Below are positions 26,831 through 39,800 of a stretch of DNA of 64,000 nucleotides, piece by piece (the first letter of the stretch is position 1; every line of letters begins with the position of its first letter). A program made the position numbers and the translations under genes. The notes under the pieces were generated by a model. It worked only from the letters and a program-made list of their open reading frames with translations, ran no database searches and was not told where the DNA came from. Source of the DNA: Auanema rhodensis (Eukaryota > Animalia > Nematoda); assembly GCA_964057225.1 (NCBI GenBank), contig OZ059899.1, positions 5,394,001 through 5,458,000 of the forward strand. The letters run 5' to 3'.

Positions 26831-28529
26831 TTAAATCTAACACCTGTTCCCATTTGCTTCTCGTATTCTTCCATTCTCTTTACGTACACATCTGTGTATG
26901 TTTCAGTTGCTCAGCTCATCTTACGTCATATTCTCTCATTCCTCTACTTTTACTCCCTGTGACACCTCTCTCTCTCTCTCTTTATCTTTCCCCCTTTCTC
27001 TTTTTCCCTCTCTTTCTCATTCTTTCTTTACATATGACCTAACTCGATCTGAGGAAACCGTTACCTCTCCCAACCTTATATCTCTTTACTCTCATCTGTT
27101 ATGCCTTCTGTCTAGCCTCAAGCGCATAACACATCGACGATCTCGCCCAAGGGTCACAGACGTGGACAAACAGAATCAGAAACTCTAATACAATCAAGCT
27201 ATATAGCAAGACTGAAATGTACAGATACAATGAATATAAAAGAATAATAATTATTTTTAAATATATAAAAATAATAAAAGAAATAAGAAATTCTAAATTA
27301 ATTTAATTTTTTCAATTATTTCTTATTTTTCATCTTTTTTTTTCTTATTCAAAAATAACTATTATATTAGAGATCATATGAACGTGCATTCTGATGATAT
27401 AGTTACAACTTCAAGTTTTACTAAAACTTGAATAACGCCTATTGGCAGAGTGATAGTTAAAAAATCAAAATTTGATCCACTTTCCCAGGCTCACACCAAA
27501 ATTTGCATTTTCCTCATGATATCGTCCTTCACATCGTCTTTGATACTGTCCTACTTGAGGTTTCCGGTTTTTGTCGTTTTGATTGCAGGTTGAAAGCGTG
27601 AGAAACAGCTTGAAAATTGCCAAACATAGCCATTTATCTATAGAAATGGTGCTCTCAAATAGACATTTTGTATTCAGTGTTTATATGGAATAGCACAATA
27701 CAACAAATGAAAGAAGATGATTGTAAAATGATTCTCTTCTTCAATAATTCTTTAACATCTTTTCATGTTATTTCTCGAATCCTCTCTGTCTCTCTCTCTC
27801 TCTCTCTTCATAACTAAATTATTTAACTTTTACTGAATATGTTTATATAAATCATATAATAACATATCTTATATATTTTTCCTCAAGTTATATTGTTGAA
27901 ATGATCTCTTTCATCATTTAATTTTTTTTTCCATAATCACATTCAAAACGAAAAGCTTTTACAAAGGATTGAAATCCAAATATTTGATAATGAGAATTAA
28001 CTATATGTATAGAATATAAGAAGAATGATAAGAAAATAGAATTATATATATATTAATCTATATGTATAGTTATAATGATAAACTAAGTAAAATGATAAAA
28101 CTAACCGATTTGGTGCAGACATATAAACCTCCAAGAACTAAACCTAACAACAATAATGCTCCAACCAAAATGGCAAAAATTACTGCCACCTGGAATAAAA
28201 ATACTTATATTTCAAACTTTTAAATATAATAAATGTTTTTCTTTTACTATTATTATCTTCAGATTATCAATTATAAATTAAACAATTGTTGATTGGAAAA
28301 AAATGTCTAAAAACGATGACTAAAATTTACAAATCAGTTTTTCTGCTGTTGGTAAACTTCCAGAGAAAAACAAAATAGTTATTATATTAATTCAAAGATA
28401 ATATTTAATATAAATGTATAGCAATTAGATAAAAAATAAAAATGGATGTGATGTTATACAGTAAGATAACAATTGAAATAATGAAAAATTTTATTTTACC
28501 TGGTAATTATAGTGATCTGTATAACTCAT
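25466..28529 (-). CDS. Single-pass membrane protein (~170 aa) with a 10-aa ectodomain and a Pro/Gln/Tyr-rich cytoplasmic tail
   Basis: Six exons join in frame: MSYTDHYNYQ (28529-28500) | VAVIFAILVGALLLLGLVLGGLYVCTKS (~28190-28107) | MRDDDKEKKRY...QQQNSQQNSQNFE | FDPRSPVVAPSP...PQYSQ | PPLVTPVSQDY...VIYTQ | GPAGYVRSTPVEYTQAFHESTI*. All introns are GT-AG; a TTGCAG acceptor lies 31 nt before the ATG. Confidence 0.8.
26790..26828. repeat. (AG)n microsatellite in intron of the membrane-protein gene
   Basis: Direct reading. Confidence 0.9.
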
Positions 28530-30403
28530 AGTTAGTTAAGAATTCGTCTTCTGTCGTACTCTGCAAGGAAATTTTCTTGAATGGAAAGGTAAATAGACAA
28601 GAGACAAGCCTCGGGGCTGGCTCTAGCAGGCCCGAAGGTACGCGAAGATAAGTACCAAAGGAAGAGATGGTGCAAGAGAGGAATAGAATAAGAATAATAA
28701 AGAGACGAAAGAAATTAAAGAAAAACAAGGAAATACAGTGAAAGAGAGGGAGAGAGAGAAAGAGGGAAAGAAAGGGGAGGAAAATGAAGGGAAAGAAGAA
28801 GATGATGTTAAAGCAGAGTATCTTCTGCTACTGTATATAAAATCTTCAAATAAAGAACCGAAAAATTAATGTTCGAAAGCTTTGAACAAGGTCGGCAAGT
28901 CAAAACTCAAATGCTGAAGATATTCTTGATAAGAGGGTGAGATGAAAGATAGTATAGCATGAGAAACGATGAAATGGAAAGAGGTAAAGAGAGAGAAGCA
29001 GAGAATATTATGGGAAAATTTTGATAAAAATAGAAAATAATGGTTCGTATGACAATAGTGATGAGACGAATTAAAAATTTGTCGGTAAACCTGTGAGGCA
29101 ATGCTTTATCACGCTCAGTGCAATTGAGCTCGAATCAAGAATGTTGAACATACTCACACATATCATGAAACATACAATATAATGAAAATCAGAAAAAGAA
29201 TTAAAGAAATGTTTTTAAAGAATAAAATAGTACAATATAAGGATATGATGAAAACATTTTGATTATATTAAAAATAAGGAAAATTAGTTGTTGTTTAAAA
29301 AATAATTGCCATATTAGATATATGTAATAGAACTATTTTTCTTATAATATTTTTTATATTTTAGGTTATTTCATAGATGTTAAATTCAAGTTTTAATGAT
29401 TAGTTGGATTTAAAACGAAAAAAATAAAAAATAAAATATTCAGTATAACTGTGAAAGACAGAAATTTTGTGAGCAACTGAGAGTTTGGTGTGTTGGAAAG
29501 GATATGTAATCCTAAATCAATTGTAGAATCTTGAAGAAGATTCGTAATACAGTAACAAAGAAAGTATGTGAATGTGTATTCTGACTGTCTGTTTTCATGA
29601 TCAACGATAGAAATTCAAGAGAATGTTATGAAGGTGATGATGAGAAAAAGTGAGAATTATGAGAGAAGAAGAGAAAAATAAAAATAAGAGTGCATGTAAG
29701 TTGAAGAGATAACAGAGAATTGTAAAACAAACAGAACACTGGTTCCAGCATTCTTTCAAATATTCAAAATTTTTGTAAAAAAAAAGAGGAAATAACGGTT
29801 AGTTGACAGGCTTTTTCTGCGATTCTTAAAGTTTGTTTCATGTTACGTGTCTCACAATTGGAATCAAAAATGAAAAAAAAAACAGAAAACGATTAAAGAA
29901 TAGAAACTACAATGACCATGCTAATGCTGACAATCTGTTTTGAGCGAAAAACGATATAGAGATGAAGCTGAATTGAACTATACGACATAATACAAACGAT
30001 TTGATGGAATAATCCGATGTATAACTACGATTAGATAATATTTTCATGTAATAGTTAGATAGTTGGTTTTGCTTGTCTGAATCAGAGGTTGATGCTTATA
30101 AGCATAAAATTAAAGAAGTGAATGTGAATATCGTTATATTCTACATATAGTTAGTTACTATATGTATATACATTATATGTATCTTTCGATTATATAATGA
30201 GAGAATGGAAATTAGAAGACTGTGATAGTATACTCACAAGGTTTGTGAGTCCAAATAGCCAGCCGTCTGACGACACAGAGTCGCTGCCCCTCTGTAGAAA
30301 TGGAATGCACGTTGGTCAATAGAATATGAGAGAGTATTGACGATGTAGAGGATGAAAGGAGTCAAAATAAAATGACAAAGAGAGAGAGGAAGATAAAAGA
30401 AAG

Positions 30404-30408
<5 letters not shown>

Positions 30409-30456
<48 letters not shown>
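30409..30456. repeat. (GA)n microsatellite
   Basis: Direct reading. Confidence 0.95.
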
Positions 30457-30463
<7 letters not shown>

Positions 30464-31633
30464 CATGTGAAACTGAATATTTGGCAACCCTATCCAAATC
30501 ATGTGTTGATGTTCGTCATGTCCTTTTATGAAGAAATGAGCTTTTATGTTACATAATAATAATAAGATTATAATATTTATAATATCAATGTATATATTTA
30601 TATATTATTATTAAATAATATAATTTAAATAAACTTATAAATAATAGTTTGATTGATATTCATAATTTTATTCGTATAATCGTATAAAGTAAAAAATTAA
30701 AAAAAAAAAGGTGCAACCGTTTCTGTTATGATGCGAAAGAAAAGAAAATATCTGTTTGTTTTGTATTTGGTGATTACGTGCTACGTACGTGAAACATTTG
30801 CATAATTTCTGTATAGTAAACGTAATTATAATTTTAAGATTATCGTATCTAAAGCATACATACATATAGTGTATACTATATGTCAATACAAATATACGAT
30901 TTGAAGTATTTTACTAAAATAATATTTTAAAACAAAATAAAAATATTTACAATGAATAATTAGTTTTTCTTTAAACTAACTACTCGTTTACTCACTCTTT
31001 TTATGTTTCTAAGCAATTTTTTTTCTTATTTTTCCATTTTAACATCCTCATTATGCTCATCCATGTAACAGGCAATCATTCATTCAGTCAGTTAGCTCTC
31101 TCACTCGTTGTGTAATATTCTTTCGTGTGATAGATGAAACATACGTCGACACACAAAAAACTTCACAAGTTGATTCATTACGTCACTCTTTCATCAATAT
31201 ACCTTCAGGCAATACTATATACACACACGTACACACATTCTATCTCACCGTTTCTTCTCTCTTTTCCTCAGATGCTTATTCTTCCTTAGGATGAATCAGG
31301 TTTCCCTCTCTTTTCTTCTTAACTTCGACCCCTTTCATGACATAGCTTTCAAACTTTTTTTTCCAATCCCTCGTTCCCCTCACCTGCTCACACATACACA
31401 TATACACCAGACGTTCAATGAAATTCTGAAAAAAAAACTTTTTTATCTTTTATTTCTATTTTTACAAAAAAATCAAGAAACGTGTGTTCAACAACTGACG
31501 TATTATACATGAAATTAAAAAATTTCAAACAACAACAACAACAATATCAAAAACAAAACAAAATGCTTTCTTTTTAATTTTTAACAATTAATCTTCCGTC
31601 TCTCTTTCTCTCTCCCTCTCTCTCTCTCCCTCC

Positions 31634-31665
<32 letters not shown>

Positions 31666-32979
31666 ATTTATCCTTTAACCAACTATCTAACTACGAAAGA
31701 GTTACAAAAATAAAAAAATAATTAAGAACATATGCCTCGATGAAATGATTTTGTTCAAATTTCTTTTGTAAACATAAAGTTTCAAGTGATAGAAAAGTTG
31801 AAAAATGATCCTAATTGTATTATTTGTTCCCCCGTTCATTCAAAACCTATTCTTCTTTCTTCTTTAAACTATTTTTACTTCTATCTATATAATCTTATAC
31901 AAAGAATAAATATATTTATTTACTAATTATTATGATAAGTAAATTAGTTTAAGATATTTTTTCTGAAATCTTAAGTATTAAGATACTAATATACTCACGT
32001 TCAATCACCATAAACCAAGATATCTCCATTTTTCTATTTGAAAACTCTTAGATATTTTAAGCTATTTCAAACAATTTTTAGAACGTTTTGCAACTTCATA
32101 AGTAGACTTTTTCTAGCTTCACTTACGCTATACAGAAAGAATGATCAAGAGCGACAGAGATAATGCAATTCTGAAACGGATTTACAACAGTGAAATCTGA
32201 GTTGATACTCATTTTCTCTTAGTTCATCCTCTATTTCTCTCCCTCTCAACACCTCTCCCTTCCTGGATGTGTTTGCCTGCGAGAGATTTTGCAAATTTTG
32301 AGAACGATACGGAGTGTTTCAATATGAAACGTGGCAGTCAAATATGATTTTGAGACAAAATTTTTTAAAAGTTGACAGAAAAAATATCGAAGAACTTGAA
32401 AAATGAAGTGGCTAACTCGGATAGATAAACCGAGAAAATAGGAGATATGACAAGAGTTCAAGAGGAAAACAAGCAGAAACAACAATTTTTTTTAGAGCTG
32501 AGTTGATCTAAGCTTGAAATGTATATGCTAAGAATCACACAAAGTAGAATAAGACGATGCAAACGTTTGAATCAGATGACTGAAAGGCCATAAACATTAC
32601 TGAACGTACAGTTTGTTTTGATGAAATTGCGTAGGACTGTAGACACAGTTGTTGATGACTAACAATTATATTTCTTATCTCAAAATTGGTGAAAAATGCT
32701 TTAAGCTTTCATTTGATGATAAAAATCTAAGAAAATTTAGAATTCGATGTCTAGGAGAGATGTGTAACCAACTTTCTATAAGGAAATATTGAAACACATA
32801 TGTGATGTAAGTGAAAGAGGATGTATGATTAGCCCGTAATAGGACAAACATCAAATATGCAGAAATGAAGAGTCGAGACATAACGTAAGACGTAATACAA
32901 ACAACAAAAACTTCGAAGCCATAAGAAGAAATAGACAGAAAATAAAGAAATATATTCAAAATAGTACGAAATTAAGAAG

Positions 32980-33034
<55 letters not shown>

Positions 33035-33755
33035 ATAGAGAGTATAACTAATTTGAAGGATTAACCAAAAAACAAATTGATGTGAACCACTTTAGGCTTG
33101 TCAAGCTTATGTTTCAGCTTTTAACTAAATGTGATAAAGCAAATGTACTATCAACTATCTTGCTATCATTCCTTCTTTAAATGCTTTGGTTCCTCGTATA
33201 AAATCAATTGTGAACACTTTAGAGCATTGTGCAATACATTTCCATTTCAGATTTTTCAGTATTATAAAGATTCAGAACAAACCAAATAGATGAAATAGAC
33301 CTCCTTGGCCTGGTTATTGATATGATTTGACAAACATGCAATCATGAAGCTTATTGTAAGAACACATCGACAAGATAGTGAGAGATAGAGGGAGAGGGGG
33401 AGAGATGGAGAGAGAGAGATAGATAGAGAAATAGAGAGAGAGAGAGAGAAAGAGAGAGATAAAAAGAGTATGAAAGACAATGACTTGAATGATAAAGAGA
33501 ATAAGAAAGAAAAAAGTTATTCAATTAAAAGTAAAAAAAACGAGCCAAGAACAGAAACTAATACTGAATACTTTGAATATTTGAGTACCTACAGAATATG
33601 TTGTTGGCCTGGAATCATTTTTAATACAACAAGCTCTTGAATACAAAACTGATGTATTCGGAACGGAATAGGCGATGATGAGTCATGTTGATCGGCATAT
33701 CGAACAATCGTCGTCGTCTTCGTTTATCGTAGCCGTCCAAGAGCTCCCATAATGA

Positions 33756-33794
33756 TATGAAAACGTATGAAAACGTATGAAAACGTATGAAAAC
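33756..33794. repeat. Tandem 10-mer (TATGAAAACG) x3.9
   Basis: Direct reading. Confidence 0.9.
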
Positions 33795-36757
33795 ACCGTC
33801 AAACCGATGATGCTTTTATGATCCAAAAAGAAAAAAAAAGTTGAATAGACCAATATGATATGTATGAAAAAGCTAAATATATGATATAGTATATATCAAT
33901 TCAAAGAAAAAAAAATATTATTTTTACATTTTATAATCAATGTTATTCTTTTAATTTATAGATTATGATATTTATAATTTTATTGATTATATGTATAGAT
34001 ATATAACTATATTTTTCAGATTATTTAATATCAATTTTATGAGATTTTCAAATAAAAACTCGTAGATATGATAAGGCTTTTTCATCTTTTTTTCATAATC
34101 TGAATCATTTAAATTTTTTTATAACATGAGAAATATGATTATTTCTTTTTGTATATACTCCTCCCACTTAGTTTATCTCTTTCTCTCTGTTCTATCTGTA
34201 TTTTTCTGTTAATATTATTTGATTCATGTATGGAATTGTATTCTTTTCTAGAGATTATACTTATAACTTGTTAGCAAACTTTACAATTTTTTGTTTTAAA
34301 TTACATTTATACATGAGTTTTGTGTATTGTTGTGTACTAGTTCCGCTTCTGAAGTATTAGACATAAGCTGATTGAAATAGCTTCAATGATGAGAGAAATG
34401 CTGTACATCGTATGTTTTGAAAGTCTGCTGCCTCTTGTTCTTTCAGCTATCATGGCTTCCAAGCACATTTTGATTTAAGGCTCAACTAAAACTAAGAGAG
34501 AACGTGTAGTATAGAGATGAAGAGAAAATTTATGAAGAGGAAAAGAGGGAAAGAGAAAGTAAGAGAGAGGGGGACAGAGGAAGAGAGAGAGGGAAGACTT
34601 AAATAGAGAGAATGAAAGTAATAGAGAAAAAGAAAGATAAAGGAAGAGAATTTCAAATTATCCAGCCAACCTGTTCAGTCTCCTCCTCTTTCTTCCTCAA
34701 CACCGAATCCTCCTGGCTTTCCAACCGGCAAATGCATAGTTTGAAGACATGTCGACTTGCCAGTTGGCAGACATTAAGCTTTCATCTTACTTTCGTTTGT
34801 TCCGCTTTCAAACCAAATGATGCATTCAATAGTTCTTCTACTTCTTCTTCCTTCAAATTTTACATCAAATTCATCTATTGGGTGCCATTGTTTCATTTTA
34901 ATTTTATAGAAAATTTAAAATTTTCTATTATAACTCAGAGGCATAAATAGTCTATCTTCTAAGGTTTTCTTTTAATTACATGGAATTTGAACTTATTTCT
35001 TGAACAATTATCTATCATTCTCCTCCCTAACCTATGTCTGTCACATATACAGTTTTTCTCTATGCCAAATTCAATGTTAAAACTTGTGGAAAAGTGATAA
35101 GACAAACTTGACCTCGAAGTATCATGCCAATCAGTGAACAAAACCTTCAACATATAGATGTGCGCACACATTTTCTTCCTTCACATTCTATATCTCTATG
35201 TCACTTCTTTAGTTTTTCATCGTTCATTTCGCATTAAAAACTAGATTCAACTCCGAACTGAATCCGGATCATCGTGTGTTACTTCACCCATCACGCCATA
35301 TCTAAGTTTCAACCTCTCTTGCACCTGCTCTCACTGTTTCACTTCTTCTATATTGCTGTCTCTCTTATTCTTTTAGTCCGCCCCTCCCTTTCTCTCTCTC
35401 TGAATTTTCTCCTCAATATAGTATATTTGAGTTCAACTATCTGCCTACAATCCCTCCTTGCTCTATTCATGCTTTATCTATCTGACTATCTGTCCTACCT
35501 ATCTCTCTTCATCCCCATCTCGAAAACCATACTGTCTCATGCTCCACGCTTCTCCGAATGGTCTCTCTCTTACGATGACACTGTCCTTTTCACTTGAGCT
35601 TCACCCAACTCTGTATAACTTCTCCTCTCTCGTTATCTCATCTTTTCACTTCCTGTATACATTTCATTTTCAAAATCCGTCATTGATAGATAAATATAGC
35701 CGACGGAGGCAAGCGATCGTATTTGCCTATCAAATCGCTTCCATCAGCCGAAGAGAGCAACCTATCTTCTTATCCTCCTCCACATCGGACTGTACAGCCT
35801 TTATATGCTTTCATGTAGCTTCAGTCAGTTCAAAGTTATTTCTCCATCATCTTCTCCTTCTGCGACGTCGACGATGTCATCGAATCAACTTCATCCCGCC
35901 GTCTTAAACAGAAAGAAAAGAAACGATTCTTTGAATAGATCTTGCAATATTTCATTTTTCAGTTTTTTTTACGTCATTTCTCCATCGGCAAACGTTTTTT
36001 TTGATCTTCAATTTCAGCAACTTTTCAAAATCTTTTGCAAGCTTTACTTTGCTTTATCTTTTCCACTCCAAAAAAGACTAACATCAGCCCACAATCCTTC
36101 GACACATTAGATCTCAGCTTCAATCCTTCATCTCAACATCATCATAGTTCATCATCAATATGTCAGTGAAAGCTCAATTTAGTTTATGAATTTCCTTTTC
36201 TGAATCTCTGTTTTACCAGTCTGAAGCTTAAAGCTTGAAATATCTCAAATTACTCTTCATATCGCAGTAACTGCGATCATTCATATCCGTTTTCTTCTGA
36301 TTCCGTCAATTTTTTTTTCAAATTATGTCGTGTAATTTTAAGAGGGTTCAACTCCCCGCCTCTATATTTCAATCATTTTGACACTGTTTGTCTCAGGAAT
36401 AGTCTCCCCCTCCCCACCTCTATCTTTTCCTTAATGTCATCCCTTTTCAATTTCTCTCCTCTTCTCTTTCTCTACTGAGGTTAGCTTCAATTTATCTATG
36501 AAGGCGTAGGTGTCAAGTCGGCGGCGAGCCACCTCTTTGACAATGTCTACTTTCAATTCATTTTTTAATTTTTTTTTTGATATCTGTCAACTTATGACGT
36601 ATTTCACAGCTTCAAATAGATATCTTGTTCAACTTCAATCCCTTTCAATATTTCTGTCATTTTCAAGAATCATGTTATTCGTTATCTTTTTTTCAACTAT
36701 GTATATCTTCCTTACGATTTATTGTCAGACCACTTCAACCTCACACATACATATACA

Positions 36758-36761
<4 letters not shown>

Positions 36762-36805
<44 letters not shown>
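36762..36805. repeat. (TC)n microsatellite
   Basis: Direct reading. Confidence 0.95.
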
Positions 36806-36807
<2 letters not shown>

Positions 36808-39800
36808 TTTTCTCTTTCTTATTATCTTTCTCTTACTCTTTATCGTGTTCTTTTCTATCTCTTATGATTCTTCATATCTTTTCTCCCTATCTATATCACT
36901 TATTTTACCTGCTTATGTTTATATACAATTTCAGTAAAATGTCAAAGAAAGCTAGATTCATATGTGCATATATAGGTACTGAATCAGATCATTCCGTGTT
37001 TTATCAATTATAAGGAACTTTTTCTGCTGTCAAACCAAAAGTTAATCTGCTCTAATATTACCTGACATCATCTTTTAATATATTTTTTCTATCTGAACCT
37101 TTTTTATTATTGTTAATGCTATAACACTTCAAGGATGACTCATGTCTTGAAGTTTGAATATTGTCCGTGATGATAGTTCTTTGGAGCATCATCATGGTAT
37201 ACATATATTTCGAACATAGTTTTTACAAAAAAATCTTTAAGAAAACCCCTTAAAAATATTTTTTTTCTCTTCACATTCATAATATTAGCACATTTTGCTC
37301 TCAATACTCAGCGAGCAACATCATCTGATTAGTTGACTTCTACCGGAACCAGGGCAACAAGATTGAAGATACAGAACCTACAGAAAAATAGGAACAGAAA
37401 TGAAGATGATTAAGAGAAAAGATACAGATGATGAAGAGGATACAGCTTGAAACTAACATTGAGACGACCACTCAGAATCCAGATGGCATATTGCCGAGCA
37501 AAAAAGACTATTTTTCATCTAGTTATCTCTACCATTTATCTTTTTCTTCTTTTCTCTCAAACAAAATCTAAAACGTTTTTCTTTGTTTTTTTTCTAATAT
37601 ATATATATATCTTTCCTTTATCTACCTTGTATAACAGAAGAAGACAAATCTCAAAGATTAATGTGTAGAATAAGAGTATTAGTTACCCGTGTTCCTTTTG
37701 ATTATTTTTCTGTATATATTAAGAACTTTCTTGCACTACTTCTTTCCAATCTATCTCTCCTTTTCTTCGCGAAAGCTCTCATGTCATTTCTCTCTATACC
37801 TCTCACCGTCTTTGCAACATTTATTTCTCTACAGCCTCTCTATATCCCTTTTAAAATTGAAAACCTCTCAAATTGAATACAGAGGTTTAGATGGTGCTAT
37901 CAGACGATACTGATACAGGCAGAACATAAGTTTGATAGTCTTAGTAAGAGATAACTAAGAAAAAGATCAAGTCAACGAGTGAAAGAAATAGAAATAGAAT
38001 GGAAGCAAAAGAGAGAAGTGAATACAGTGAATGGGTCAACCTAGGTACTATTTCGTTATCTACCTAAAATCAAGATGATGGCAAAACGAAAGGTTATAGA
38101 GAAGGCAGTACAGAAAATGAAAATATAAAGATATTTTGAGATGAAACACACATATATTGAGAGTGATTATGTAGTACTTTTTCATATTTTCTCTCTCTAT
38201 CTATCTTGTTCTGCTTCTCTCTTTCTCTGTTTATCTCTCTTTTTTCATCTCTTGTCTCGGACACTTTGCATTCTATATTCTTTCTGAACCTCGAACCATG
38301 TGTAGCATTCTGTTAGCTTCCAGCTAACATCTATTCTTTATATTCATAACATTAGTACGTTGAATATTCTTCAGTTAATAACAATTATTTTAGAAAGTAA
38401 ATCAAATCATTACTTTCAGTATTTATTCAATTTCTCGACCTACTATCATAATAGAAACCTTCCGGGTTGTTGAAGTAGGTCAGGTGTTTTTTAATTCCGT
38501 GACTAGTAATCCTTCTTCCAAAATATCAAAATACTGATCACAGTTATGTAATATTGAAGTATTAGTGAGAACAATCCACAACGACAACTCACTACAACAT
38601 GTAACTTTTGTTTCTTTGTCAAAGTCGGGTCGGTTGAAGAACTCCTTTATCAAAACTAAAATCAATCATTTTCAACCTTTCTGAACTTGAATATATGGAT
38701 AGAATGAGCAATTTATAGACTTTTGTAGTAAAAAGTTCAACCAAATGGACTAATATTCTTGCACTTTACATTTTTTTTGGTATTATCATCATTCATTGTC
38801 TTTATCGTAATTTTTACTCGTCATCCTTACCATTCTACTTTTTGATTCAACGCTGTTTGTATAACTTCATCATTTTTTTCGTCAAATTCGTCTCTTACTT
38901 ACCTCTTATCAACAGCATTCTCTGATCTGCCATCCGCTTCTCATCGTCTTCGTGGTAGGTATCACACAATTGATCGATTAAAACTCAAGTAAATTTTTTT
39001 TCTTCGGAAAAAAAGTAAAAATTGTATGTGTTTTCATTTTTTTGTATAATATGAAGCAATAACAAAAGATTCTTAAGCGGTTTCTTCTATTTCTCTTTTA
39101 CTTTGCTGTTGCTTTTCGATATTGTCTTCAACTATTTGTATTTTTCCATTTCTCTTACTCCCCCTCTTTCTTTCTGTTTTTTTTTTCCATCTCTCTCTCT
39201 CTCTTTCTCACAGAACCTTCTCTTCGGTTCTCCCTCTGTATATCCAATTACTTTTTTCCTATAATCGATTAAAAGTTATTTTCATATATTATTTCTCTAT
39301 ATATTCTCTCTATCTTATATATAAGTTTTTGTTATTTTCAGGAATTAAACGATTAATGCAGAGTTTGAATCAATGAAAACAGGCTGTTGTTTCCAGGTTC
39401 CTGATGTGTTCGTATGGCAATTTATACCATATTTTACCAAAAAACTTGAAATTATTAAACGGACTTAAATAGAGTTGTAGAATAGAATCTTATGTATTCC
39501 GTTTGAGTCTGCTAGAAGGAAAACGGTTATGTCATCAACTTTTGAAGTTTTGCACAATTCATCGTTTGAAGAATGAATTCGTTTTTGAAGATTTTTTTGC
39601 GAAGGAAGAGGCCTTAATTTGACTTCGTTATCATCTTATTTGTGGAGTACCAATAGATAATAATAATTATTCATTTTGGACTTTGCTAGTGATCTCCGAT
39701 TCATGCAAGCCCTTTGGTATTTATAATTAAAAGATAGTATGATGATGATAATATTGATATTTATAATAATTTTATATTACAAATCAACTTAAATTAATTA

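Noticed and set aside
28507-28728. Minus-strand ORF resembling a secreted peptide that overlaps the membrane-protein start
   Set aside because: No ATG; the apparent signal peptide is the pyrimidine-rich outron upstream of the TTGCAG acceptor.
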